Positions 16,830 through 25,800 of a stretch of DNA of 32,000 nucleotides are shown here, in pieces (within the stretch, counting starts at the first letter, position 1; the number at the start of each line of letters is the position of its first letter). The translations under genes and the position numbers were made by a program. Under the pieces are notes generated by a model. That model searched no databases and was not told where the DNA came from. It worked only from the letters and a program-made list of their open reading frames with translations. The stretch is from Balneolaceae bacterium UBA7797 (GTDB lineage Bacteria > Bacteroidota > Rhodothermia > Balneolales > Balneolaceae). The stretch is from the NCBI GenBank assembly GCA_002480645.1, contig DLCN01000003.1, positions 276,355-308,354 of the forward strand, written 5' to 3'.

Positions 16830-17330
16830 TCAGATATAATCGATCTCAATTTTAAATTCGCCTCTGTAGTTTCCCGGTGCTGCATTTTCAAGATTTACTC
16901 TGCCGCCAACCCAGAAATAGAAACGACCCTCTGTATTAAATCGTTGAACTTCATCCTGATTCTCGATAATAATGGATGTAGCCTGTTCTTCGATATTATT
17001 TCTGGAGATCTCGTAAACAAAGGTCAGAGTCCCGGTTTCCTGTTGATTGGTGAGAGTAACTTCTTCGTTATAATCTAACCTGAATTCTGAACGGGGTGTT
17101 CCTATTGCGATCATGAACCCGGCATTGGTGTCCATGATCGGATTTACATAAAGTTCGGTTTGTCCCGGTCTTACCCGACCAAAGGTCATTGTATTTACCG
17201 TGATCAACTCGATGGTTTGAACCATCGTGGTCTTAACGCCAATATTAGCGGTGATCTCGGCAGATTTTTGAGCCTGAGCATCCGTAAAAGCGATGGTAAA
17301 TAATAAAAGTATCGTGAAGATATACTTCAT
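16830..17330 (-). CDS. DUF4402-like pilin paralogue
   Basis: 166 aa with signal peptide IFTILLLFTIAFTDAQAQ. It has ...TMTFGRVRPG... and the C-terminal ending FYFWVGGRVNLENAAPGNYRGEFKIEIDYI, the same G-x-Y-x-G...Y-x end pattern as the three downstream paralogues. Confidence 0.6.
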   Translation of the reverse strand: MKYIFTILLLFTIAFTDAQAQKSAEITANIGVKTTMVQTIELITVNTMTFGRVRPGQTELYVNPIMDTNAGFMIAIGTPRSEFRLDYNEEVTLTNQQETGTLTFVYEISRNNIEEQATSIIIENQDEVQRFNTEGRFYFWVGGRVNLENAAPGNYRGEFKIEIDYI

Positions 17331-17427
17331 AAAATTGCCGGGAGAATCTTTTTGTATAAAGATTGCATTTACAACACTTTTAAGCCAGTTAATCTTTCTT
17401 AATTAACTGATTGTAATTACTACCCCG

Positions 17428-17820
17428 TTACCAGGAGAAAGCGTTGAAGTAAAGAGGGGTCAGATCTATTTCCCGACCCTGTAATTGTAATGACCGTGGT
17501 AAGACCTCGGTTCTGGTCTGGCCATTTACCGTCATGAAATAATTGTAGGTAAGCGACTTATTTCGGTACCGACTTGAAAAATTTACTGTGATGGAATAGA
17601 CACTGTCAATTGGCTCATCGTCTACCATTACTAAACCTCTGGGATTATTAAGAGGGTAGAAGTCTCCTTTGATCTCCAGCACGTCTCCGCGTGATGGTAC
17701 AAAGACACTATCTTCCAGCTCAGATCTCATATCAACATTGAAGGTTATCTTTGACTGTGCGAAGGCAGAGCCTGAGATCAACAACGAGAATAGTAGCAAA
17801 AGTAATGCTCTGAATTTCAT
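17428..17820 (-). CDS. Small secreted protein, probable beta-sandwich (CBM/Ig-like), function unknown
   Basis: 130 aa with signal peptide ALLLLLFSLLISGSAFAQ. The mature part (ITFNVDMRSELEDSVFVPSRGDVLEIKGDFYPLNNPRGLVMVDDEPIDSVYSITVNF) resembles the VTF.VDM...G.FN.W....M.D..gDg.Y.. pattern of starch-binding/early-set-like beta-sandwich modules. That assignment is tentative. It starts 15 nt after the upstream gene. Confidence 0.4.
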   Translation of the reverse strand: MKFRALLLLLFSLLISGSAFAQSKITFNVDMRSELEDSVFVPSRGDVLEIKGDFYPLNNPRGLVMVDDEPIDSVYSITVNFSSRYRNKSLTYNYFMTVNGQTRTEVLPRSLQLQGREIDLTPLYFNAFSW

Positions 17821-17835
17821 GAAGATATTTTGTGA

Positions 17836-19368
17836 TTATTGCCCGGTAGTGGTTGTTGTTCCATCACTATCGTCCTTTTCCGTGGTGGTAGTAGCCGGAA
17901 CTTCTTTAACTTTATCTTTCCAATACACTACAGAGAATACGCTCTCACGAGGAAAAGCAGGGGGAATGTACCCTTTTAGACGGGCATCGTATTGATAGTT
18001 TTTTGAATACCCGGAAACCGCCTGATTGGTATTAGCATTAAAAGTACCAACCGGACCACGATTCTTTTGAACAATTCCACCAAATAGATTTATGGTGCCT
18101 TTTAGCCCCCCGGAACTGTTATTATAATTTTCAACATAGAAAGATGAATTCAGTGCCATGATGGAAGCCTGAATATCAATATCCTGCGTACCACTATCTC
18201 TGTGTGCATTCTGGTCAACAACAACATCACTTTCGCTTACAAGCCCCAAAATATCTGTAGTTACGCTATCCACTCTCGGATCGGTATAATAGGTGATGTC
18301 GCCAATGATATCGATGTCATCTTCGGCGTGTACAGTGATCTCACCTTTAACAATTCCTTTTACCTCAGCTTTACCGGAGGTAGAGATGATACCGTTAAAC
18401 TCGTTCATGGTATAGGATTCAGTTTCTTCAGATTCCACATTGTAGGTCCAGCAACCGAACCAACCGCAACGTACTTCCTGGGTTACGGTAGTAGTGATGA
18501 TGTCAACATATCCGAGCTCATCATCAGCGCTGAACATTACTTTAATGTCGTTATCGAAACGAAGCCCGCCATCGTCGGCAGCAGTAACGAGTTTTTCTAA
18601 TTCATAATTAGTCGGAGCTTCTTTTTCCGGTGCATTAAAGTTAGAACCTCCGTAGAAATTCGGGTTTGTCGGATTAGTTTCGTGAGCAACCCAATTATTC
18701 GGGCTGGTGATCAGACCATAAAACGTTGGGTCTCCGGACATTCTGAATGTTCCGTTTGTATGAATCGGACCGTAGATCTCATCCCCGCTAAAGAACCAGA
18801 TCTCCTGTCCATCAGCTCCCAGTTCAGATTGGGTCATGTATGCATACTTACTGAAAGAATCGCGCTGCATCAGAACCTCAGTTTTAACTTCCACATCCTG
18901 GAAAGTGGTGGCGCTTACGAAAAGGGCTTTGTACTGATCCCAGGTACCAACACTATTATCCGTTGGTATATTTTCACTGCTTTGTGTATATGTAGTTAAA
19001 AGGCCACTTACGGTTGTTCCAACCGTAGATACCACATTTGAATTATCATCAGCGGAATAATTGGCTGTTGATGTAATATTGCCAATAGTTCGGAGGGTTT
19101 TGTCGGTTAATGTACTTGTGAGGTTAGAAGTAATATCACTGACATTGGCTACCTCATTAATATCAATAGTACCCGTCCAGTCATTATCCTTTTTCATATG
19201 CTCGATAGCATTATCGATAAGACTCTTGGATAAATTTCTTGCCTGTTGTTCCTGATAATAACTGATCGTTTTTTCAGGGATGGTCTCCATACGTTTGGCA
19301 TTATTCACCTGTACAAGACCAGTGATAATTGTTAAGCCGCTAACTAGAAAAAGTAAACTTTTACCCAT
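17836..19368 (-). CDS. PilX-N-like pilus-associated protein (set 2, large member)
   Basis: 510 aa. The single N-terminal hydrophobic helix is MGKSLLFLVSGLTIITGLVQV, followed by QQARNLSKSLIDNAIEHMKKD. This parallels the set-1 paralogue (SKNTAHSAIQLAMEKINQD) and the PilX_N pattern. The C-terminal part is beta-helix-like (GIVKGEITVHAEDDIDIIGDITYY...INLFGGIV...YQYDARLKGYIPPAFP) with a Thr-rich tail. Confidence 0.5.
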   Translation of the reverse strand: MGKSLLFLVSGLTIITGLVQVNNAKRMETIPEKTISYYQEQQARNLSKSLIDNAIEHMKKDNDWTGTIDINEVANVSDITSNLTSTLTDKTLRTIGNITSTANYSADDNSNVVSTVGTTVSGLLTTYTQSSENIPTDNSVGTWDQYKALFVSATTFQDVEVKTEVLMQRDSFSKYAYMTQSELGADGQEIWFFSGDEIYGPIHTNGTFRMSGDPTFYGLITSPNNWVAHETNPTNPNFYGGSNFNAPEKEAPTNYELEKLVTAADDGGLRFDNDIKVMFSADDELGYVDIITTTVTQEVRCGWFGCWTYNVESEETESYTMNEFNGIISTSGKAEVKGIVKGEITVHAEDDIDIIGDITYYTDPRVDSVTTDILGLVSESDVVVDQNAHRDSGTQDIDIQASIMALNSSFYVENYNNSSGGLKGTINLFGGIVQKNRGPVGTFNANTNQAVSGYSKNYQYDARLKGYIPPAFPRESVFSVVYWKDKVKEVPATTTTEKDDSDGTTTTTGQ

Positions 19369-19377
19369 GACTACACC

Positions 19378-19962
19378 TCAGAAAGGTAAATTGATGTTAT
19401 TTGGAACAAATATCCTTTTCCAAACACTTTTAGGATATTCTTTCACTGAACTTGAAACGGAATAAGGTTCTCCGGTTTCTACAATAAGCTGAACCTCAAC
19501 CTGTCGAACAAATTCGGGATTGGATGTTTCGGTGCCATTTCCAGTGTAATACTTGAGCTGGAAAAAGGTCGCCGGAAATTTAATGGTACCGTATGAATTG
19601 GCACTGGTAGGCCCTACACGCTTCAGATAATAATCATTAGGATTAGAAGTGGTGGTAACCGGGTCGGAGGTATCGAGATACCATCTTACATTGGTTACCC
19701 CAAAATTATCGGTGTCGTGCGCATCAGATTGAAAGATGATATCGTCATCATCTATTCTTGAAAACGGATCAGAAGATCCGGTGTTAAAACCAATGCGATT
19801 AAAATCATTGGTCATAACCGTTACAATATCATTGATATTATTTTGATTGATGGAGTTTAGGGTAAGTTCCTGTGTGGTAAGTAATACCTGCTGGTTAAAA
19901 CTTAAAATGGAGATCAGGAAAATTCCACCTACTAAAAATGTTGTTACAATACCTACGTTCAT
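19378..19962 (-). CDS. Pilin/pseudopilin-like protein (set 2, PilW/GspJ-like member)
   Basis: 194 aa. The N-terminal hydrophobic helix begins right after MNVG (IVTTFLVGGIFLISILSF), followed by MTNDFNRIGFNTG. It is a paralogue of the 204-aa set-1 protein (LTYDFPKIGYNRN; shared ...PNPNDY/F.LKR...). No Glu is found near the N-terminus. Confidence 0.45.
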   Translation of the reverse strand: MNVGIVTTFLVGGIFLISILSFNQQVLLTTQELTLNSINQNNINDIVTVMTNDFNRIGFNTGSSDPFSRIDDDDIIFQSDAHDTDNFGVTNVRWYLDTSDPVTTTSNPNDYYLKRVGPTSANSYGTIKFPATFFQLKYYTGNGTETSNPEFVRQVEVQLIVETGEPYSVSSSVKEYPKSVWKRIFVPNNINLPF

Positions 19963-19971
19963 GCTTTCACC

Positions 19972-20391
19972 TTAGTAACTATATGATTTAACATAATTAA
20001 GGGTGATAAAGATATCGGGATCGAAAGTGGTGTTTACCACTGTTACCCCAACCTGATAGCGACGTATTGAACCGTCATCTTCGATCATTTCCGATTCTGC
20101 ATACAAGTAAAAATCATCGGAATACTGATCACTTGAGCCATAATTATAAGTGATCGTTTTCGGGTAATCACTGTAAATATAGCGTCCATCATCCGGGTCG
20201 AGCTCTTCTTCAGCATAGATCCACTGAACCTTGTCCAATTCATCCTGTGCGATAGCAATAGCCCTGTATTCGGCTTCAGCTCTGTAAAGAGTCTGCCGGG
20301 ACTGGTTATAGCTCCGGGATGTATTTATGGCCAGCATGGAGAAGACCATCATGGCAGCCGTTAAAAAGATTATTTCAGCGTAGCTCGACAT
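19972..20391 (-). CDS. Pilin/pseudopilin-like protein (set 2, small member)
   Basis: 139 aa. The N-terminus MSSYAEIIFLTAAMMVFSMLAI resembles a shortened prepilin signature (Y-x-E-I instead of F-T-L-I-E). AIAIAQDELD is shared with the set-1 small paralogue (VIAIAQDFID). Confidence 0.45.
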   Translation of the reverse strand: MSSYAEIIFLTAAMMVFSMLAINTSRSYNQSRQTLYRAEAEYRAIAIAQDELDKVQWIYAEEELDPDDGRYIYSDYPKTITYNYGSSDQYSDDFYLYAESEMIEDDGSIRRYQVGVTVVNTTFDPDIFITLNYVKSYSY

Positions 20392-20525
20392 TTTCAGAGT
20401 TTATTATATTTGAAAATACTCAATGTTCGCCCCTTATGTAATTAGACTGTATTAATTAAAATAATCTAAAAAAGCTATTTAAGTCTGCTAAAATTACCAA
20501 TCAGCTCCTAAAATGAAAAGGGCGG

Positions 20526-21635
20526 CTATTCAAAGGTACTTACCAGATTATACCGGTTCTGTTTTAAGTGATTTGCAGATGCCGTTCTTGCATAATCAAT
20601 GGCTAAACAATCATATTGGATATGGATGTTTCCACTCAGGTCCACATCCAGTGTGTTATTATTGTCGTCAGTATTTCCGATCAGAACTGACCCGTTAAGA
20701 TCTGGAGTACCTTTACCATCGAAGTCGAACGCATTTTCGAATACGATCAAACCGTTGAATGTAAAGTTACCGGCTACAGAAAGCGCCCCTTCATACTCCA
20801 GTTCTCCGCCGGAACGGATAACCAAAATTCCATAACCATCAGAGATACCACCCGTTAACTTTGCATAAGATTCTACAAAAAATATACCCGGATCGTCCGC
20901 AGAACCAAATTCCCCCTTATAATTCCCGCTGATGTGCTGAACTCCGGGTTGACCGGCAAGTCGTGCAATTAATTCATCTACCGGCTTGTAGGAGATGTCC
21001 GGATCGATGGAAATCTTATCAACGCTACTTTCCAGGTCACCATACTTACCGAATGCACCGGTTGTTACTTCCGCATAGCTGGAAAGATCAGGAACCGTGA
21101 TCGCGGGAATATCGGGACAGGTGCCACTGGCATCGTTTCCACTAATGGATGAGCTGCCTCCCATGCTAAAAGTGAAATTATCAGAGGCAAAGCCTAATCC
21201 GCCTTTTGGTTCGGGAACGAAATTCAACGCTGATTTAATGTAAGTACTGATCACCGTATGACTGGTGGAAGAGCTTTTGTATGAGGCTGAGCCTTTGGTT
21301 CCTTGTCCTCCGTACCAGGAAGTACTGTAAATTCTTATGGTATCCGGATCTAATATGGTTGCGCCTGCTGCTATCACATCATAATAAAGTTCAGTGTACG
21401 CTCCGTCGATCTCGTTTTCCCAGGGATTATTCACACTCGGCGACCAGGACGGATCCTGATTGATCTTTTCCATTGCCAATTGAATGGCACTGTGAGCTGT
21501 ATTCTTTGACTGTATCTCTTTGGCGTATTCAGAGGTGAGGCGTTGTACACGTTCTCGTTGGCTGTACATGCCGAGCCGGATGATCCCCAGCACCATGATT
21601 GCGCCAACCGATAAAATTACCATTCCACGTCCCAT
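20526..21635 (-). CDS. PilX-N-like pilus-associated protein (set 1, large member)
   Basis: 369 aa. The N-terminal helix is MGRGMVILSVGAIMVLGIIRLGM, followed by AKEIQSKNTAHSAIQLAMEKI. The C-terminal part is beta-helix-like (GILVIRSGGELEYEGALSVAGNFTFNGLIVFENAFDFDGKGTPDLNGSVLIGN). Confidence 0.5.
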   Translation of the reverse strand: MGRGMVILSVGAIMVLGIIRLGMYSQRERVQRLTSEYAKEIQSKNTAHSAIQLAMEKINQDPSWSPSVNNPWENEIDGAYTELYYDVIAAGATILDPDTIRIYSTSWYGGQGTKGSASYKSSSTSHTVISTYIKSALNFVPEPKGGLGFASDNFTFSMGGSSSISGNDASGTCPDIPAITVPDLSSYAEVTTGAFGKYGDLESSVDKISIDPDISYKPVDELIARLAGQPGVQHISGNYKGEFGSADDPGIFFVESYAKLTGGISDGYGILVIRSGGELEYEGALSVAGNFTFNGLIVFENAFDFDGKGTPDLNGSVLIGNTDDNNNTLDVDLSGNIHIQYDCLAIDYARTASANHLKQNRYNLVSTFE

Positions 21636-21646
21636 AGAACTACTCC

Positions 21647-22261
21647 TTAGTTATCCCGAAGGTTTACTGGTGAGAATCTTTTCGTCCATGAGGTGCTTAC
21701 GTATGAGTCGTTTGAAAAACTATTACGTTTTAAGCCCACAGAACTCTGTGTATTCATGATTATCTCGATCTGAGTGATAGAATCAATCGTGGATTTTGCA
21801 GTTTTTGCATAGATGGGAGTCGGGAGCGGGGTAGTGCTTCCTAGGGATGAATAATACCGGATCTCGAAATCAACAACACCAGTATTCATTTCAACGGTAC
21901 TGCCATTTACTGTTCTTTTAAGAACAAAATCGTTTGGGTTTGGTGTGGATGTGACGGAATCACTTGTAAACTCCCACCGGATCAATTCAAGGGATTCATC
22001 CGCACTGTTGTCTATATTGGCATAGAATTCAATAAAATCATCCCCCGCAGCTCTGATCAGGGTGTCCGGTAATGAATTCCGGTTATAACCGATCTTCGGA
22101 AAATCGTAGGTAAGAGTCTCGACAACTTCTGAGACTTTAGTTTTTTGGATTTCCTGAAGTGTTAATTCATTTCCGCTAAAGTTAGTGTTATAGCCAACTG
22201 TGGTAATGATCACGATCAGAAATCCTGCAATGATATAGCTGAGTATTAATCCAAAGTTCAT
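21647..22261 (-). CDS. Pilin/pseudopilin-like protein (set 1, PilW/GspJ-like member)
   Basis: 204 aa with N-terminus MNFGLILSYIIAGFLIVIITTV. It is a paralogue of the 194-aa protein, starts 5 nt after the upstream gene and ends 11 nt before the downstream gene. Confidence 0.45.
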   Translation of the reverse strand: MNFGLILSYIIAGFLIVIITTVGYNTNFSGNELTLQEIQKTKVSEVVETLTYDFPKIGYNRNSLPDTLIRAAGDDFIEFYANIDNSADESLELIRWEFTSDSVTSTPNPNDFVLKRTVNGSTVEMNTGVVDFEIRYYSSLGSTTPLPTPIYAKTAKSTIDSITQIEIIMNTQSSVGLKRNSFSNDSYVSTSWTKRFSPVNLRDN

Positions 22262-22266
22262 AGTGA

Positions 22267-22770
22267 TCAGTCAGCGTAAAAGCTTCGAAGAAACTTAAAA
22301 TGATAGTTGTTTGCAGAGCCGTTATTCTCCAGTATGTCGGAAGAAATAGTGATCTCCATTATTTTAAGTGTCGAAAAGCTATTAATCACATTCGATCCGT
22401 CATAATAATCAACAGAGATCGACACTTCGTAATCAACACCACCTGAAGTAGTGATTGTTTGGGTCCAGCCATCATAGTCATCAAAATCATCGAAATTTGC
22501 GCGGGTAGCTTCTCCGGCTTCAGGGCCCAGATTTGCGGTAAATCCTGAAGGTATATTAACCGGAACTCCACCATCGGTGGTTTCTTCATCAAAGGTAGTG
22601 GAACGGGATTCATCTATAAAATCCTGAGCAATGGCAATGACCTGATCCTCCAGTTCTCCCTCGACCATACTTTGGGTGTTGGTGATAATAGCCCGGTTCG
22701 AGTTCATAACAAGAAATGAAACCAGAATTAATGCTAAGATTGTTTGAAGTATTTCAGTGTATCCACTCAT
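22267..22770 (-). CDS. Pilin/pseudopilin-like protein (set 1, small member)
   Basis: 167 aa. The N-terminus MSGYTEILQTILALILVSFLVM has Gly then Y-T-E-I-L, like a prepilin G/FTLIE site shortened by two residues. It is a paralogue of the 139-aa protein. Confidence 0.45.
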   Translation of the reverse strand: MSGYTEILQTILALILVSFLVMNSNRAIITNTQSMVEGELEDQVIAIAQDFIDESRSTTFDEETTDGGVPVNIPSGFTANLGPEAGEATRANFDDFDDYDGWTQTITTSGGVDYEVSISVDYYDGSNVINSFSTLKIMEITISSDILENNGSANNYHFKFLRSFYAD

Positions 22771-22809
22771 ACAGTATAATACGATGCCTCAAATGACTTG
22801 GATTGTTCT

Positions 22810-22840
22810 ATTATATTAAAAAATTTTAATATTAAGTCAA
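22810..22840 (-). promoter_or_regulatory. Weak sigma70-like promoter candidate upstream of pseudopilin set 1
   Basis: The minus strand reads TTGACT (22840-22835), a 19-nt spacer, then TATAAT (22815-22810), about 40 nt upstream of the ATG at 22770. The spacer is long and no TAnnTTTG box is present, so this is speculative. Confidence 0.2.
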
Positions 22841-22894
22841 GTTAATTTATTGAAAGAGGCAGCGACAGAAGGGAATGTTACAAATCGATCTGAA

Positions 22895-25800
22895 TTATTT
22901 TATGAGAGTGAATCGTTTAACGATATTCTTTGAATCGGTAACCAATCGATAGAAATATACACCACTTGCCAGATTATCTGCCCGGAAGGTAACTTCATAT
23001 TTTCCGGGGTTTTTGATCTCATTTACCAGTGTTTTTACTTTCCTTCCCAGAATATCATAAACAATCAGAGATACATTGGTATTGGTATCTACTCCATAGG
23101 GTATGATAGTGGAAGGGTTGAACGGATTAGGGTAATTCTGATCGAGGTATACTTCGGTTGGTACATTCGATTCTATCTCTTCCGTACTGATCTTCAGGGT
23201 AAATCTGGTCGATTTGGAATCAGCTTTCTTCATAATAGAAGAACTTTTATACCGGGGATTAGCTGAGTATAATTTTGTTTTGGTTGTATGGAAGAAGGTA
23301 TAGGATAATTCTTCCATTACATTGATCTCGGTACCGGTATCATTATCAACGAGAGTGATCACCCAATCCGCAGGGATATTTCTCAACCCACTCCACTTAA
23401 TGGTCATTTCTCCGGAGTACGGATCTCCTCCTTCGTAGGCATTAAGCTGAATCGGGATAAAATACCGGCTATCAAAATCGAATGGCAAGTTGTTGATCGC
23501 TAATTCAGTACCGTCATCAAGGAGTGTGTAAAATTCAATATGCGAACTGGACAAGGGGAGAAGTCGGTACGCATCGTAGGTATCTTTGCCAGTAGCAGCC
23601 TCATCAGAGAACATGATATTGGTTCTTTTAGAACGACCGGCATCAGATTCGACCATTAATTGAAGGATAGGTATACCGGCGATCTTCTCTTTACTCTTTG
23701 TGGTATCCTGTGATTGAATGTCATCGGTGGATGCAGTTTTTCTCATAAAACTACCACCGGTGGTCTTGGCCTCTTTCTTAACTTTAAGTACCGGGCTATT
23801 GCCATTTGCTTTTACCCAGAAGCCCTGGAATGGAGCGATCAAACCACCGCCCGGATGTGTTCCCGTAACTCCGTTCCATGTCAGATATTCGCCACTGCCA
23901 CCGTTAGCTGATGGATCCCAGATATAAATAGTTGATTCAACATTGGTCTTCGTCCAGTTCGGTGAATCGTCCCAATCGATGGTTGCCAGATATGGGTTCC
24001 CAACCAGGTTCCAGCCGGAATCGGCCGAAGTGGTGTATGTGATACCAAAATCAACTTCAGCACCATCTCCTCTGAAAGCACGTCCTTCAACATCTAAGGT
24101 ATCCGGAAGCGGGTCGTTGTAAAGTGGGTCGGCAGGAATATCACCAAACAGATAAACGAACATACCCTGACCTTCAGTAACTTTTTGGGAAGTACTGGTT
24201 GGAGTACGGTACCGCTGATTATCTGTTCCGGCATAACTTTCTACATAGGTCAACACATTTGGTTGGAGAGTGTCTCCCGGGTTTGAACCTGTGCTGTAAA
24301 AAGCTCCGGAATAACCCTGAGTTATGATTCCATCGAGAAAATCTCCATACGTGGTATCCAGCGGGGAAGATATGATGCGCCATCCGCGGGATCCCTGGAA
24401 TCTGCGTTGCATTCGCACCGTTCCGGTACCATATAACTCATAATTGCTTACTAAGTTTGTTCCGCTTGGCATGAACAGGGTGCCCGAGGTAAGCTTCAAG
24501 GTGTCGTTAACGATCAGATTACTGAAGAAATCAGCACCGTTAGAATTATCGAGTTCAAGGTTGGAGTACTCGTTCGGACTTGTAACATCCTGATTGGTGG
24601 TTCCATTCAGGATCACAAAACCGAGTGTCACATCAGAAACATCAAAATTACCACCTATCGACAGAGAATCTGTATTACTGCCGGTTATTGAACCACCGCC
24701 GGAAGCTTTATCAGTTACTACAAAATGAATTCCTCCTGAAACAGTAACGGAAGCACCGGATTCAATTGATATCAGCTCGATGGTTGTATTTGTTGAGCTG
24801 ATCACCGGTTGTTCATTACCAACAGATGGATTTGCCGGAATAAGGATCTTATCGCCGGATACAGGGACACTATTTGTTGACCAGTTGGAATTATCATCCC
24901 AGTTTCTGGCATCGGTAACGGTACCAACCTGAGATTGCCATACATTATCAAATTCAGCGAATTCTACGGTTGCCTCGTCGTTTATGGCGCCCCCGTTCAG
25001 CGTTCCGGAAATAGTAGCAATTCCTGCAGCGATCGATGAGGTTAAAGTGGCAGAGTAAGTACCATCACCATTATTTGTTACTGATCCGAGTGTGCCATCC
25101 GTAGTTGATAGTGCAATGGTCGACGGGCTGGTTGTTAAATTGTTCTCGTAATGATCTTTAAGCTGTACGGTAATGGTTGAAGTTGAGAAACCATCGTTTT
25201 GAATGATCGTGGGATTCGCAGTGATAGTTGTTGTTGAAGCATCAGCTGACCCCGGACTTACAACAAAGGTATTACTTGTACCGGTTTCAGATCCTGAGGA
25301 ATTCGTTGCCGTGATAGTACAGGTTCCCGTACTGGTGATCATCATCGATTTTGGAGTGAGCACGCCACTCGTAAATGCTGCTGAGGTTCCCTGGCCAACA
25401 CCAATATCACAGTTTGAAGTAACCACAACGGTCCCTGTAAAGCTGGTTACGGTATCCTGAAGCCCATCTGCTGCAATTATACTGATGTTAAATGTCTGTC
25501 CGGCTAATTTATCAGAGATATTACCGGAAGGTACCCGCTGAATAATAAACTGTGTAAGCTCGCCGGCAGTAACTACATCAAACTCTGTACTTGTTGTATC
25601 TGTAAGACCGGAACTCGAAGCTGTAAGTGTATAAGTACCGATTGCATCCACGTTGATGTCGTCGAATTCGGCAATACCGAACAGATTCGTTTGTTCAGTT
25701 GTGGTTCCTGCTAAACTGCCTGATCCGCTTACCTGATTGAGAGCCAGACTGATATCGACCCTGCTTTCCTCTACTGCGTTTCCATATTGATCGATCAGCT

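Noticed and set aside
20392-20525. Promoter or terminator in the 134-nt gap between the two pseudopilin triplets
   Set aside because: A TATAAT hexamer lies about 14 nt before the ATG at 20391 but has no acceptable -35 element. No TAnnTTTG box or stable hairpin was found, so there is not enough evidence to call a feature.
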